Shown: piece after piece, positions 1-9,944 of the stretch | How the letters are laid out: the number at the start of each line of letters is the position of its first letter | Numbering within the stretch: position 1 is the first letter of the stretch | Program-made: the position numbers and the translations under genes | Source: Cyanophora paradoxa CCMP329 | Taxonomy: Eukaryota; Plantae; Glaucophyta | Assembly (NCBI GenBank): GCA_004431415.1 | Contig: QPMI01000640.1 | Span: forward strand, 124,001 to 188,000 | DNA length: 64,000 nucleotides | Direction: 5' to 3' | The notes under the pieces: generated by a model | The model's database searches: none | Told to the model about the DNA's origin: nothing | What the model saw: only the letters and a program-made list of their open reading frames with translations

Positions 1-1660
1 ATCGCCTGCCTTGTGCTTCGCCCAGTCCGCCGTCTGCGGGACCGATCAGCGCCTGGCGACCGGCATGCGCGCCGGCGCGGCGCACCGACCCGTAGGTCTC
101 GCCAGCCGTCTCCTTTGCGCGGCCGGCCGCCTCGCCGGCGCGCTCCCGCACATCGCCTGCCTTGTGCTTCGCCCAGTCCGCCGTCTGCGGGACCGATCAG
201 CGCCTGGCGACCGGCATGCGCGCCGGCGCGGCGCACCGACTCGTAGGTCTCGCCAGCCGTCTCCTTTGCGCGGCCGGCCGCCTCCCCGGCACGCTCCCGC
301 ACATCGCCTGCCTTGTGCTTCGCCCAGTCCGCCGTCTGCGGGACCGATCAGAGCCTGGCGACCGGCATGCGCGCCGGCGCGGCGCACCGACCCGTAGGTC
401 TCGCCAGCCGTCTCCTTTGCGCGGCCGGCCGCCTCGCCGGCGCGCTCCCGCACATCGCCTGCCTTGTGCTTCGCCCAGTCCGCCGTCTGCGGGACCGATC
501 AGCGCCTGGCGACCGGCATGCGCGCCGGCGCGGCGCACCGACTCATAGGTCTCGCCAGCCGTCTCCTTTGCGCGGCCGGCCGCCTCGCCGGCACGCTCCC
601 GCACATCGCCTGCCTTGTGCTTCGCCCAGTCCGCCGTCTGCGGGGCCGATCAGCGCCTGGCGGCCTGCGTGCGCGGTGGCGTGGCGCACCGACTCGTAGG
701 TCTCCTTTGCGCGGCCGGCCGCCTCGCCGGCGCGCTCCCGCACATCGCCTGCCTTGTGCTTCGCCCAGTCCGCCGTCTGCGGGACCGATCAGCGCCTGGC
801 GACCGGCATGCGCGCCGGCGCGGCGCACCGACCCGTAGGTCTCGCCAGCCGTCTCCTTTGCGCGGCCGGCCGCCTCGCCGGCGCGCTCCCGCACATCGCC
901 TGCCTTGTGCTTCGCCCAGTCCGCCGTCTGCGGGACCGATCAGCGCCTGGCGACCGGCATGCGCGCCGGCGCGGCGCACCGACTCGTAGGTCTCGCCAGC
1001 CGTCTCCTTTGCGCGGCCGGCCGCCTCGCCGGCGCGCTCCCGCACATCGCCTGCCTTGTGCTTCGCCCAGTCCGCCATCTGCGGGGCCGATCAGCGCCTG
1101 GCGGCCTGCGTGCGCGGTGGCGTGGCGCACCGACTCGTAGGTCTCCTTTGCGCGGCCGGCCGCCTCGCCGGCGCGCTCCCGCACATCGCCTGCCTTGTGC
1201 TTCGCCCAGTCCGCCGTCTGCGGGACCGATCAGAGCCTGGCGACCGGCATGCGCGCCGGCGCAGCGCACCGACTCGTAGGTCTCGCCAGCCGTCTCCTTT
1301 GCGCGGCCGGCCGCCTCGCCGGCACGCTCCCGCGCATCGCCTGCCTTGTGCTTCGCCCAGTCCGCCGTCTGCGGGACCGATCAGAGCCTGGCGACCGGCA
1401 TGCGCGCCGGCGCGGCGCACCGACTCGTAGGTCTCGCCAGCCGTCTCCTTTGCGCGGCCGGCCGCCTCGCCGGCGCGCTCCCGCACATCGCCTGCCTTGT
1501 GCTTCGCCCAGTCCGCCGTCTGCGGGGCCGATCAGCGCCTGGCGGCCTGCGTGCGCGGTGGCGTGGCGCACCGACTCGTAGGTCTCCTTTGCGCGGCCGG
1601 CCGCCTCGCCGGCGCGCTCCCGCACATTGCTGGCCTTCTGCTTCGCCCAGTCCGCCGCCT
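1..1660. repeat. Tandem array of exon+intron units: 8 x 151 bp and 3 x 139 bp, plus a diverged terminal copy
   Basis: Units start at 1, 152, 303, 454, 605, 744, 895, 1046, 1185, 1336, 1487. The 139-bp units lack 12 coding nt and carry a distinct intron variant. Confidence 0.95.
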
Positions 1661-2581
1661 GTGCGATGTGAGTTGCCAACGTTATTGCAATTAAAATCGC
1701 CAACCCACATCGTGGGCCTTCTCAGCCGCCCAGTCGCGCGCGCTTGCCGCCTCCTTCGCGGTCTGTGCCGCCTGCCCGGTGCCTCGGAATGCGCTCTCCA
1801 ACCTGGGACCGGAGAGACGTGACGCACGTGCGAGACTTTCTCAACGGTGGCATTCTTCGCCCCGGCCAACGTGTCCTGGGCCGCGTGCCCTGCCTGCGGG
1901 CGCGGTCATCCATTTGTCATCGACTTTTCTGCGCCGCCCGGGAACAAACCTCAGCCGCCTTCTGCATAACGTACTCTTTCGCCTTGGGAATGGTGTGCAT
2001 GCCGGCATCCACGCGCTGCAAACACCCGTAAGCGGCCAGGTGGCGGGAGCGCGCCCTGTTTTCAAGGAAAATTGCGCACGGAGGCGACGAACTCGCGAGC
2101 CGCTTCCTCCGTGGCGTGCACCTTTTCGCTAAGCTGCGGTGAATATGAGCGCCGCGCGCCGCGGCGTGCGGAGACCGAGACGCGTACAGACCTGCTCGGC
2201 AGCCGCTTTCGCGGAAACTCCGATCCCGCGGCGAACGTCCTCTGCCTGCTCCTTTGCCTGCTCAATCACGCCCCGGTCCTTCGGGTCCTTCTCCAGCGAG
2301 GAGAGCGCGCGTGCGCCGCCCGCGGCCGCGGCCGCAGCTGGAGGAACGAGGAACATCGGGGCGCCTGTGCATAGGATTAGTGGGAGAGCGAAGGCGCAGC
2401 GTGTACTACAAACGCAATGAAAGAGGAAGAAGATGCAGCTGTCGAGCAAAAACGAGCGCAGGTGTTCTAGACGCAAGGGCCGTGCACCAGGCAGGCAGAA
2501 CGCGTTGGGCCGCAGCATTGCGACAGCACCCAGGCGGCGCGCTGCGGCGCCGCGGCGCGCGGCGAGGGAGGCCGCGAGCAT
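1..2581 (-). CDS. LEA (group 3-like, 11-mer repeat) protein, probably mitochondrion-targeted; 3' end runs off the window
   Basis: ATG at 2581 gives an Arg/Ala-rich presequence MLAASLAARRGAAARRLGAVAMLRP, then ...DRGVIEQAKEQAEDV. Removing the 52-nt GT..CTGAT..CAG introns (e.g. 34-85) gives repeated 33-aa exons TADWAKHKAGD-VRERAGEAAGR-AKETAGETYGS (3 x 11-mer). Confidence 0.8.
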
Positions 2582-2661
2582 TTTTTCAGAATCACGACGT
2601 GTATCCCCCTGGCGTGAATTCCCCCCTCGCCAGCGCCAGCGTTCGTCGCCAGCGAAAAAGG

Positions 2662-4349
2662 ATGTTCGTCGCCAGCGTTCCCTCAACCGCCGCCGGACAG
2701 CGGGCGCCCGTCCACGCCAATATTCGCGCCCGCCCGGCCGCTCCGGAGCTCCGCTCGTCGAAGTTCTTCGGCTCGGGCCCCGTTGCCGCGACCAAGCCGG
2801 CCCAGCGGCGCGCGGACCAGTCGAATGTCGTCTTCTGCGCCGCTGTTCCCGCGTCGGGTGCGCCTTTCGCAGCCGCGCGCACCGTGCTTGAACGCGCGGG
2901 CGCAGAGATTGGCACCGTGTTCGTCGCTGGCGCCACCGGCGAGACTGGCCGCCTGATCGTCAAGGTTCGCAGTCCGCCCCCGCAGCACCGCCGCGGCGAA
3001 ACTGCTGCGCCTGCACGTGCAATGATTCCCCGCACTCGCTAGCTGCCGCCAGGCGGCGCCAGCTCCGCCCAGCGCGCTCTAGAGGCAGTGCAACTCCCAA
3101 CTGTTTTTAGATTGCCTAGATGGACATCTAGTCCTGGAGGCCACCCGCCAGCTTTAGCCAGCCGGCCGCTGGCGCGCGAGACGCAGCCCGGGGTGCTGGC
3201 CGGCCGCGCGCGGACTCACTCGCGCGCGCCTGTGCAGGAGCTGCTGGAGCGGGGCGTGAAGGTGCGGGCCGGCGTGAGGAACCCGGAGGAGGCCAAGGGG
3301 GTGCGCTCCTGGGTTCCTCACGCCCGCCTCGGCCAAGGGGGTCCGGAGCTCGCGAGCTGATCGCTGCGCTTCTCGAAAGGTCGTCCCCGAGGGGGCCGAG
3401 GTCCTCCGCGCGGTGCGCCGGCGCCCGCCCCGGGGCCTCCCCAGAGCTCGCCGGCCCTGCGGCTGCGGGGGAAGCGGGGCTTGAGGCGGGGGCGGGGCAG
3501 GACGTCAAGGACGCGAAGATGCTGCCGGGCTGCATCGGCGACGCCAAGGTCGTCGTCTGCGCCTCCGGCGTCAACTACCGCAAGGGCGAGACCAAGAACC
3601 CCCTCGGGCCCTTCTCCGTCCGCCCCGCGCCCCGCGCCGACCGCCCCTGTGGCCCGGCGTGACGCGGCGGCAGGTGGACTACGTCGGCACCAAGAACCTC
3701 GTCGAGGCCGCCAAGGCCGCCGGCGTCAAGCACTTCGTGCGCGCCGAGCCCGTCCTCCGGACCCCCCAGGCGCCCCGGGCGAGGCGGGCGGGCAGGTGCT
3801 GGTGACGTCGCTGTGCGTGTCGAAGCTGCTGCACCCGCTGAACCTCTTCTACCTCATCCTTTTCTGGAAGAAGCAGGCCGAGGAGCACCTCCGGGTGAGC
3901 CCGCCCCGCCCCGCCCCGCGCCCCGCGCCGCTGAGGCGGGGGCCGCGGCGGGGCAGGGGAGCGGGGTGACGTACACGATCGTGCGGCCGGGCGGGCTCTC
4001 GAACGACCCGGTGGAGGGGGAGGTCGTCGCCAGCGGCGCCGACACCCTCTTCAAGGGCCGCATCAACCGCGGCCGCGTCGCCAAGGCCCGCCACCCCGCC
4101 CACGCCCAGCCTCCCGCCCCCGCCCGCCCGCCCTGACGCTCGCGGGCCGGGGGGCGCAGGTGGCGGCGGACGCCGTCTTCGAGACGGAGAGCTACAACAA
4201 GGCGCGGCGCAGGCCGTCCCCGCTGCGCGCCCGGCCAGTGGGCAGGGGCGCTGACGGGGATGGGCGGGGCGGGGCGGCAGGTGGTGGAGATCGTGCAGGA
4301 GGCGGGGGCCCCCGCCAAGAGCCCCGCCGAGCTCTTCGCCGCCCTCTAG
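2662..4349 (+). CDS. Plastid-targeted atypical SDR / NAD(P)-binding Rossmann protein (Tic62/Ycf39-like)
   Basis: Spliced peptide contains VFVAGATGETGRLIV, VRAGVRN, VDYVGTKNLVEAAKAAGVKHF, VLVTSLCVSKLLHPLNLF, YTIVRPGGL. N-terminal transit peptide MFVASVP...SSKFFG. Confidence 0.85.
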
Positions 4350-4665
4350 ACGCCCACCCGCCATCCCCGCGCCCCGCCTCGCCCCCGCCCCGCCGGGCCG
4401 CGCCCACGCTCGAGCTCGAGCTCCGCCCTCCCCAGCCGCCCGTTTTCCAGTACTGGTTCCAGATGACATTTCCAGATGACACTCGCCCTCATTCTCCGGC
4501 TCGTTCCTGAAGAAGTACTTACTTATGAAGAACGTGGATATATGTTATATATATGGCCGGACTTCCAGTACCCCTGGGCGGTCAAAAAAGTTAGCAGGGT
4601 ATACGTACTCGGGCTCAGTGACGGACTCGCTACATCGACGTCGCCGAGTCGGGGCGCGCGGTGGA

Positions 4666-7600
4666 ATGGAGAAGCCGATCTACCTCGACTTCAATGGCTC
4701 GACGCCGCTGTCCCGCGAGGTCGTCGACGCCATGAAGAGCGTGCTGGACGTGCGTGCGGCGCACGACCGGCGCTGGCCCGGGCGTACGCCGCGGACGCGC
4801 GCGTCTGACGTCGACGCGGGCAGAGCGGGCTGGGAACCGGCAACCCGTCCTCGTCGCACTTCTACGGCGCCGAGTCGAAGAAGGCCATCGAGGCGGCTCG
4901 GAAGCAAGTGGCCGCCGCGCTGCATTGCGCAGAGGATGAGCTCATCTTCACGAGCGGCGGCACCGAGTGCGCCCGGCGCTGAGCGTGCGCGTGCTGGTGG
5001 GCCCGGCCCGGCCCGAGCGCCTGCGCGGCAGGTCGAACAACTACGCGATCAAGGGCTACTTCGCGGCGAATAAGGGGCGCGGCAACCACATCATCAGCTC
5101 GACCGTGGAGCACCCGGCGGTCACGCAGGTGTGCGACTTCCTGGCCGAAACCGGTGCCGGCGCCCCGCCCGTCCCCCGCCGCCACGCCGCCCCTCCCTGC
5201 GAGCCGCGGACCGACCCGCCGGCCGTGCGCGGGGCGCGCGTGCAGCCGGGGCGCGGGTCTCGTACTGCCCGGTGGACGGGACGGGGCGGCTGGACCTGGC
5301 GGCCCTCGAGGCGCTCATTACGCCAGCGACGATCCTCATCAGCGTCATGCACGCCAACAACGAGGCCCGCGCGCCGCCGCCGTTGCCGTCGGCCTCGCGC
5401 GCCCCGCCGCGCGCCGCCGCCGAGGGCGCCCCGCACAGGTGGGGACGCTGCAGCCGATCAGGGAGATCGTGGAGATCGCGAAGCGCGGCGGCCGCAACAT
5501 CGCCGTTCACACGGACGCCTCGCAGAGCGTCGGCAAGGCGTGCCCTCCCCGCGCGCGCCGCCGCCCGCGCGGCGCGCGGCCCGGGGCGGGAGGTGACGGC
5601 GGGGCGCCAGGTGCCCGTGCGGGTCGACGAGCTCGGCGTGGACATGCTCACCGTCGCCGGCCGTGCGCGCCCCGCCCCCGCCGCCCCGCCCGCGCCTCTC
5701 CAGCGCCGGAGGGGGGCGGGGCGGGGCAGACAAGCTGTGCGCGCCGAAGGGGATCGGGGCGGTGTACACGGGGCGGGGGACGGCGGTGGAGCGGCAGATG
5801 CACGGCGGCGACCACGAGCTCAAGCGCCGCGCCGGTGCCCCCGCCCCGTGTACACCGCCCCTCTCCTTGCCCCGCCCTCCACCACGCGCCCCAGGCACCG
5901 AGAACGTGCTCTACGCTGTGGCCCTGGGGACGGCGGCGGCGGCGGCGGCGCGGGACCTCGAGAAGAACATGGCGCACTGCCGCCGCACCCGCGACCGCCT
6001 CCTCGCGCGCTTCAAGGAGGCCGGGTGCGCGCGCCCGGCCCCGGCTCCCCGCTCGCGCCCCGCCTGAGGGGGCGGCGGGCGGCAGGCTGGACATCCGGGT
6101 GAACGGGCACCCGGAGCACTGCCTGCCCAACACGCTGAGCGTCGGCTTCGGGCGGATCGAGGCCCCGACCCTCCTCTCCGAGCTCGCCGCCTCCGTCTCC
6201 GCCTCCGCCGGCGCCGCCTGCCACTCCGACCACAAGGACGCGCGCGCCCCCGCCGCCCCGCGCTCCCCGCCCCCTCTCGTTGCGCTCAGCGGGCGGCGGC
6301 AGATGTCGGGGGTTCTGAAGGCGATGAAAGTGCCGGCGGTGTACGGCATGGGCACCGTGCGCCGCGGCCCCCCGCCTGCGCGGGCGGCGCGGCGGGGGCG
6401 AGGGGGGCGGGGGGCGGCAGGTGCGGTTCAGCACGGGGGCGACGACGACGGAGGAGGAGGTCGACCGCGCCGCCGCCCTCGTCGTCGCCGCCGGCCCGCC
6501 CGCCCTCGCCCCCCGCCCCCACGCCCGCCCCGGCCCCCTGCCCCCTGACGCGTGGCGCGCAGTGAGGCGGCTGACGCCGGGGGAAGAGGCGGGGGCGGGG
6601 GACGGGGAGGGCGAGGGGGGGCCCGAGGGGCTCCCCGCCCTCGCCGACGTCCGCATGACGCGCTACACCAAGGGGCCCGCCCCGCCCCGCCCCGCCCCGC
6701 CCCGGGCCCCGCGTGGGGGGCGGAGCTGAGGGGGCGGCAGGATGGGGTGCGCGTGCAAGCTGAAGCCGCAGCTGCTGGAGGGCGTGCTGCGGGGCCTGCC
6801 GCGCGCCACGGACCCCCGCGTCCTCGTCTCCACCGAGACCTCCGACGACGCCGCCGTGTCCGCCCCCCGCCCGCCCCGCCCCTCCCACGCACCGAGGCGC
6901 CCCGGGGGCGCCCGCAGGTACAAGATCAGCGACGAGCTGGCCGCCGTGCACACCCTCGACTTCTTCACCCCCGTGTCCGCCCCGCCCCGCCCCGCCCCGT
7001 CGGCGGCCTCTGGGTGCGGGGCCGAGGTGCGGGCGGGGCGGCAGGTGCGACGACCCGTACGAGTTCGGGGCGGTGGCGGCGGCCAACGCGATCTCCGACG
7101 TCTACGCGATGGGCGCGACGTGCGCCGCCCCTTCGCCGGGGGCCGGGGCGTGCGGTGAGAGCGGCGCAGGCCGGCGACGGCCCTCTCCATCGTCGCCTTC
7201 CCCTCGCTGCGCCTCCCCATCACCGCCCTCCAGCGCATCCTCCAGGCCGGCCCCCGCCCCGGCGGCTCCGGGCGCCCTCCCGCGGGGTCGAGGCGGGGCG
7301 CAGGGGGCGGCGGACAAGTGCGCGGAGGCCGGCGTCTCCATCGTCGGCGGCCACTCCATCGACGACCCCGAGCCCAAGGCCCGCCCCCCCCCCCCCCCCC
7401 ACCCACCCCCACCCCCCCCCCCCCCCCCCCCCCCCAAACCCCTCACCTCTCCCTCCGCCCCTCGCCCCCGCCCGCCTCGGCCCGCCCTGGCCCCGCTCAC
7501 CCCTCGCGCAGTTCGGGCTCTCGGTGACGGGGTACGGGCACCCCGAGCGGATCCTGCGGAACAGCAGCGCGCGGGCGGGGGACGTCGTTGTCCTTACGAA

Positions 7601-8420
7601 GCCCATCGGCGCGCCCCGGCAGCTGCCCCCGCAGCGCACGCCTCGCCCGCCCCTCACGGTCACCGCGGCAGGGACGGGCGTGCTGACGACGGCCACGAAG
7701 CGCGGGGTCGCGTCGGCGGAGGAGGCGGCCGCCTGCGTGCGCAGCATGGCCGAGCTCAACCGCGCCGCCGCCGAGGCGCCCTCCCCCCCGGCCTCTTCCG
7801 CCGGGCGCCGCTGAGCGTGGGCGGGGCGGCAGGCGATGGCGGCGGTGGGGCCGGCGGTGCACGCGGCGACGGACGTGACGGGCTTCGGCCTCGTCGGCCA
7901 CCTCCACGAGATGACCGCCGGCTCGGGCCCGCTCCACGCCCCGCCCCGGCCCTTGCCCCCGCTCAGCCAGCGCCTCGCAGGCTGGACGCCGAGCTCGACT
8001 CGGCGGCCGTGCCCTCCTCCCCGGCGCCTTCGCCCACGCCGCCGCCGGCATCGTCCCCGGCGGTGCCGCCCCGCGCCGCCCCTCGGGGCGGCGGGGGCGG
8101 CTGAGGGGCGCGGGGGCGGGGCCAGGGACGGTGAGCAACATGGAGTACGCGGGGCGGTGGGTGCGGTGGGGCGACGGGGTTGGGGAGACGACGCGGGCCC
8201 TCCTCTGCGACGCGCAGACCTCCGGCGGCCTCCTCCTCGCCGTCGCCCCGTCCGCCCTCCCCCCGCCCCCGCCCCGCCCCGCCCCCGACTCCACCCGCCC
8301 CGCCGCGCGCAGGAGTCGGCCGAGGCGCTGCTGGCGGCGCTGCGGGAGCGGAAGACGCTGGCGGCGGCCGCCGTCGCCCGCCTCACCGCCCCGGGGCCTG
8401 GCATCATCACCGTCCGGTAG
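4666..8420 (+). CDS. selD: Fusion of NifS-like PLP-dependent cysteine desulfurase/selenocysteine lyase with selenophosphate synthetase (Cys-type SelD)
   Basis: NifS part: IYLDFNGSTP, GNPSS, FTSGGTESNN, VEHPAV, MHANNEVG, HTDASQ, VAGHK (PLP Lys), GTEN, SAGAACHS. Read-through linker EEAGAGDGEGEGG. SelD part: RYTKGMGCACKL, SDDAAV, DFFTP, AANAISDVYAMG, GGHS, LTKPIGTG, ATDVTGFGLVGH, DAQTSGGLL. About 22 introns; 2-3 probable homopolymer errors at 7920-8250. Confidence 0.92.
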
Positions 8421-9944
8421 TCCTCTAGACTGGAAGCTGCCTGGGCCCGTTTCCTAATTTTAATTATAACCGACTCGGCGACGGTGATGGCGCCCGCGCG
8501 GGGCCCCTGGGCGCCGGCGCCAGCGAGGAAGGGCCGCGTTAGCGAGCGGCATTTGATATAAAAGGGCCACTGACTTGCCGCGCGCGTCAGTTGGGTCCGG
8601 GGAAGGGCATTTAACCTCGGCGAATCCAAGATCTAGATGCGCGCATGCAGAGGGCAGCTGCAGGGACTTAAACTAGCGCTTAATTAAGCTTAAGAAGGCG
8701 CGCGCACGGTGGCCGGGCGAGCCGCTGGGCCGGCTCCGGCTGAGGCTGGCCATGCCAGGCGAGCTCAGCGGCTGCAGCTGTCCTCGCGATCGAGGCGAGC
8801 TGTCCTCTTAGAGGTAGGCCTCATGATCGGGGCCTAGCGAGCTAGCTCTAGCTATGTAAGGCGCGGGCCTTGAGAAGGGGGAGGGAACCTTGTCTGGCCA
8901 TGGACGTGCTCCAGCTCCTGCAGCTGCCAGGCTGCGCATGCCCCGTGGCCGTCGCGCGCGGAGGCGTGGCGGGTGCACGAGTGCGCATGTGCTGCGGGTG
9001 CACGTGCGTCACGGCGTGGCTACATAGCTAGGGGCTGGCCGGCGCCTCGGCCTCCGCGCGATCTGGGCGCGGGCACGGGGACGCTGCTCAAGCTCACGTT
9101 CCGCTCAAAAAGCGGCGCAGCGGGCCAGCTCATGATCAGCGGCGCCGGCTGCATGCGCAGCAGGCATGCGCATCGCGCGCGCGCGGGGCTCTGCGTCGCG
9201 CAGCACGCGCGCCGCGCTGGCATCGGCTTGTTGGAAGTGGCATAGCCCGCCAAGTGCGGCCGGCTTGCGGCCGGCTTGTGCAATTGCGTCGGGGCGCGGT
9301 TGGCGCGGGTGAAGCGTGCGCGGCTGGCGCGGCTAGCCGCTGAGCCACAGCAAGCTGCCGCGCGGGCGAGAGGCGTAACCATTGTTGAGCCGAGCCGAGC
9401 TGCGGCGCCCGGGGGAGAAAGCGGCCGGGGGGTACTTTAAGAGGTTTTCTCAGGGTAAGTTCGCACTCTCCAATGTGATTGGCTAGCGCGCGCGGCGTCC
9501 TCCCACGCGACCGCGTTCGCGCCTGGCCTCGCTCTCGCAGTACGGAATGTCGAACATGATGCGCGCAACGACCTCGAACTGGTCTGGCCCGTATATCTGC
9601 TCCCTGTGCGTCGCTGGACCCATTTTTGTCCCGGGTGTTGGTGCCTGTTCCTGGATCACCCTTTGGTCGGACGGGACCGGGAGACATGGTTTCGGGGTCC
9701 CCTGGGGATGCGCTTTCAGGGTGTACCGCGCGGCCCCGGTTTTGCGGAGGTCGGGGAAATGGGATTTGGGGTAGGGTTGGACCCAAGGGACAGGGACAGG
9801 GGAAGTGTTTTACCCTTCCCCAATCATAATTACATGCAGGCAGCCGCTCGAACTGTCCGATCATCTGATCCGTCGCGGGGCTAGCGCTACAGGAACTGAT
9901 GCAAGGCGGGTACATCAATTGAAGAAGGGGGCTACAGGCAAACA

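Noticed and set aside
1-1660. Overlapping ~128-aa ORFs on both strands, or a non-coding satellite
   Set aside because: Explained by a spliced minus-strand LEA gene; the ORFs are frame-rotation artefacts of a 151-bp period.
6720-6760. Selenocysteine (UGA) at the SelD active site
   Set aside because: The nearby TGA (ctgag) is the intron branch motif; the spliced site encodes TGC (Cys). I recognised no SECIS.
9400-9850. Possible small mobile element upstream of GH99
   Set aside because: The composition differs from its flanks, but I found no convincing TIR or TSD.
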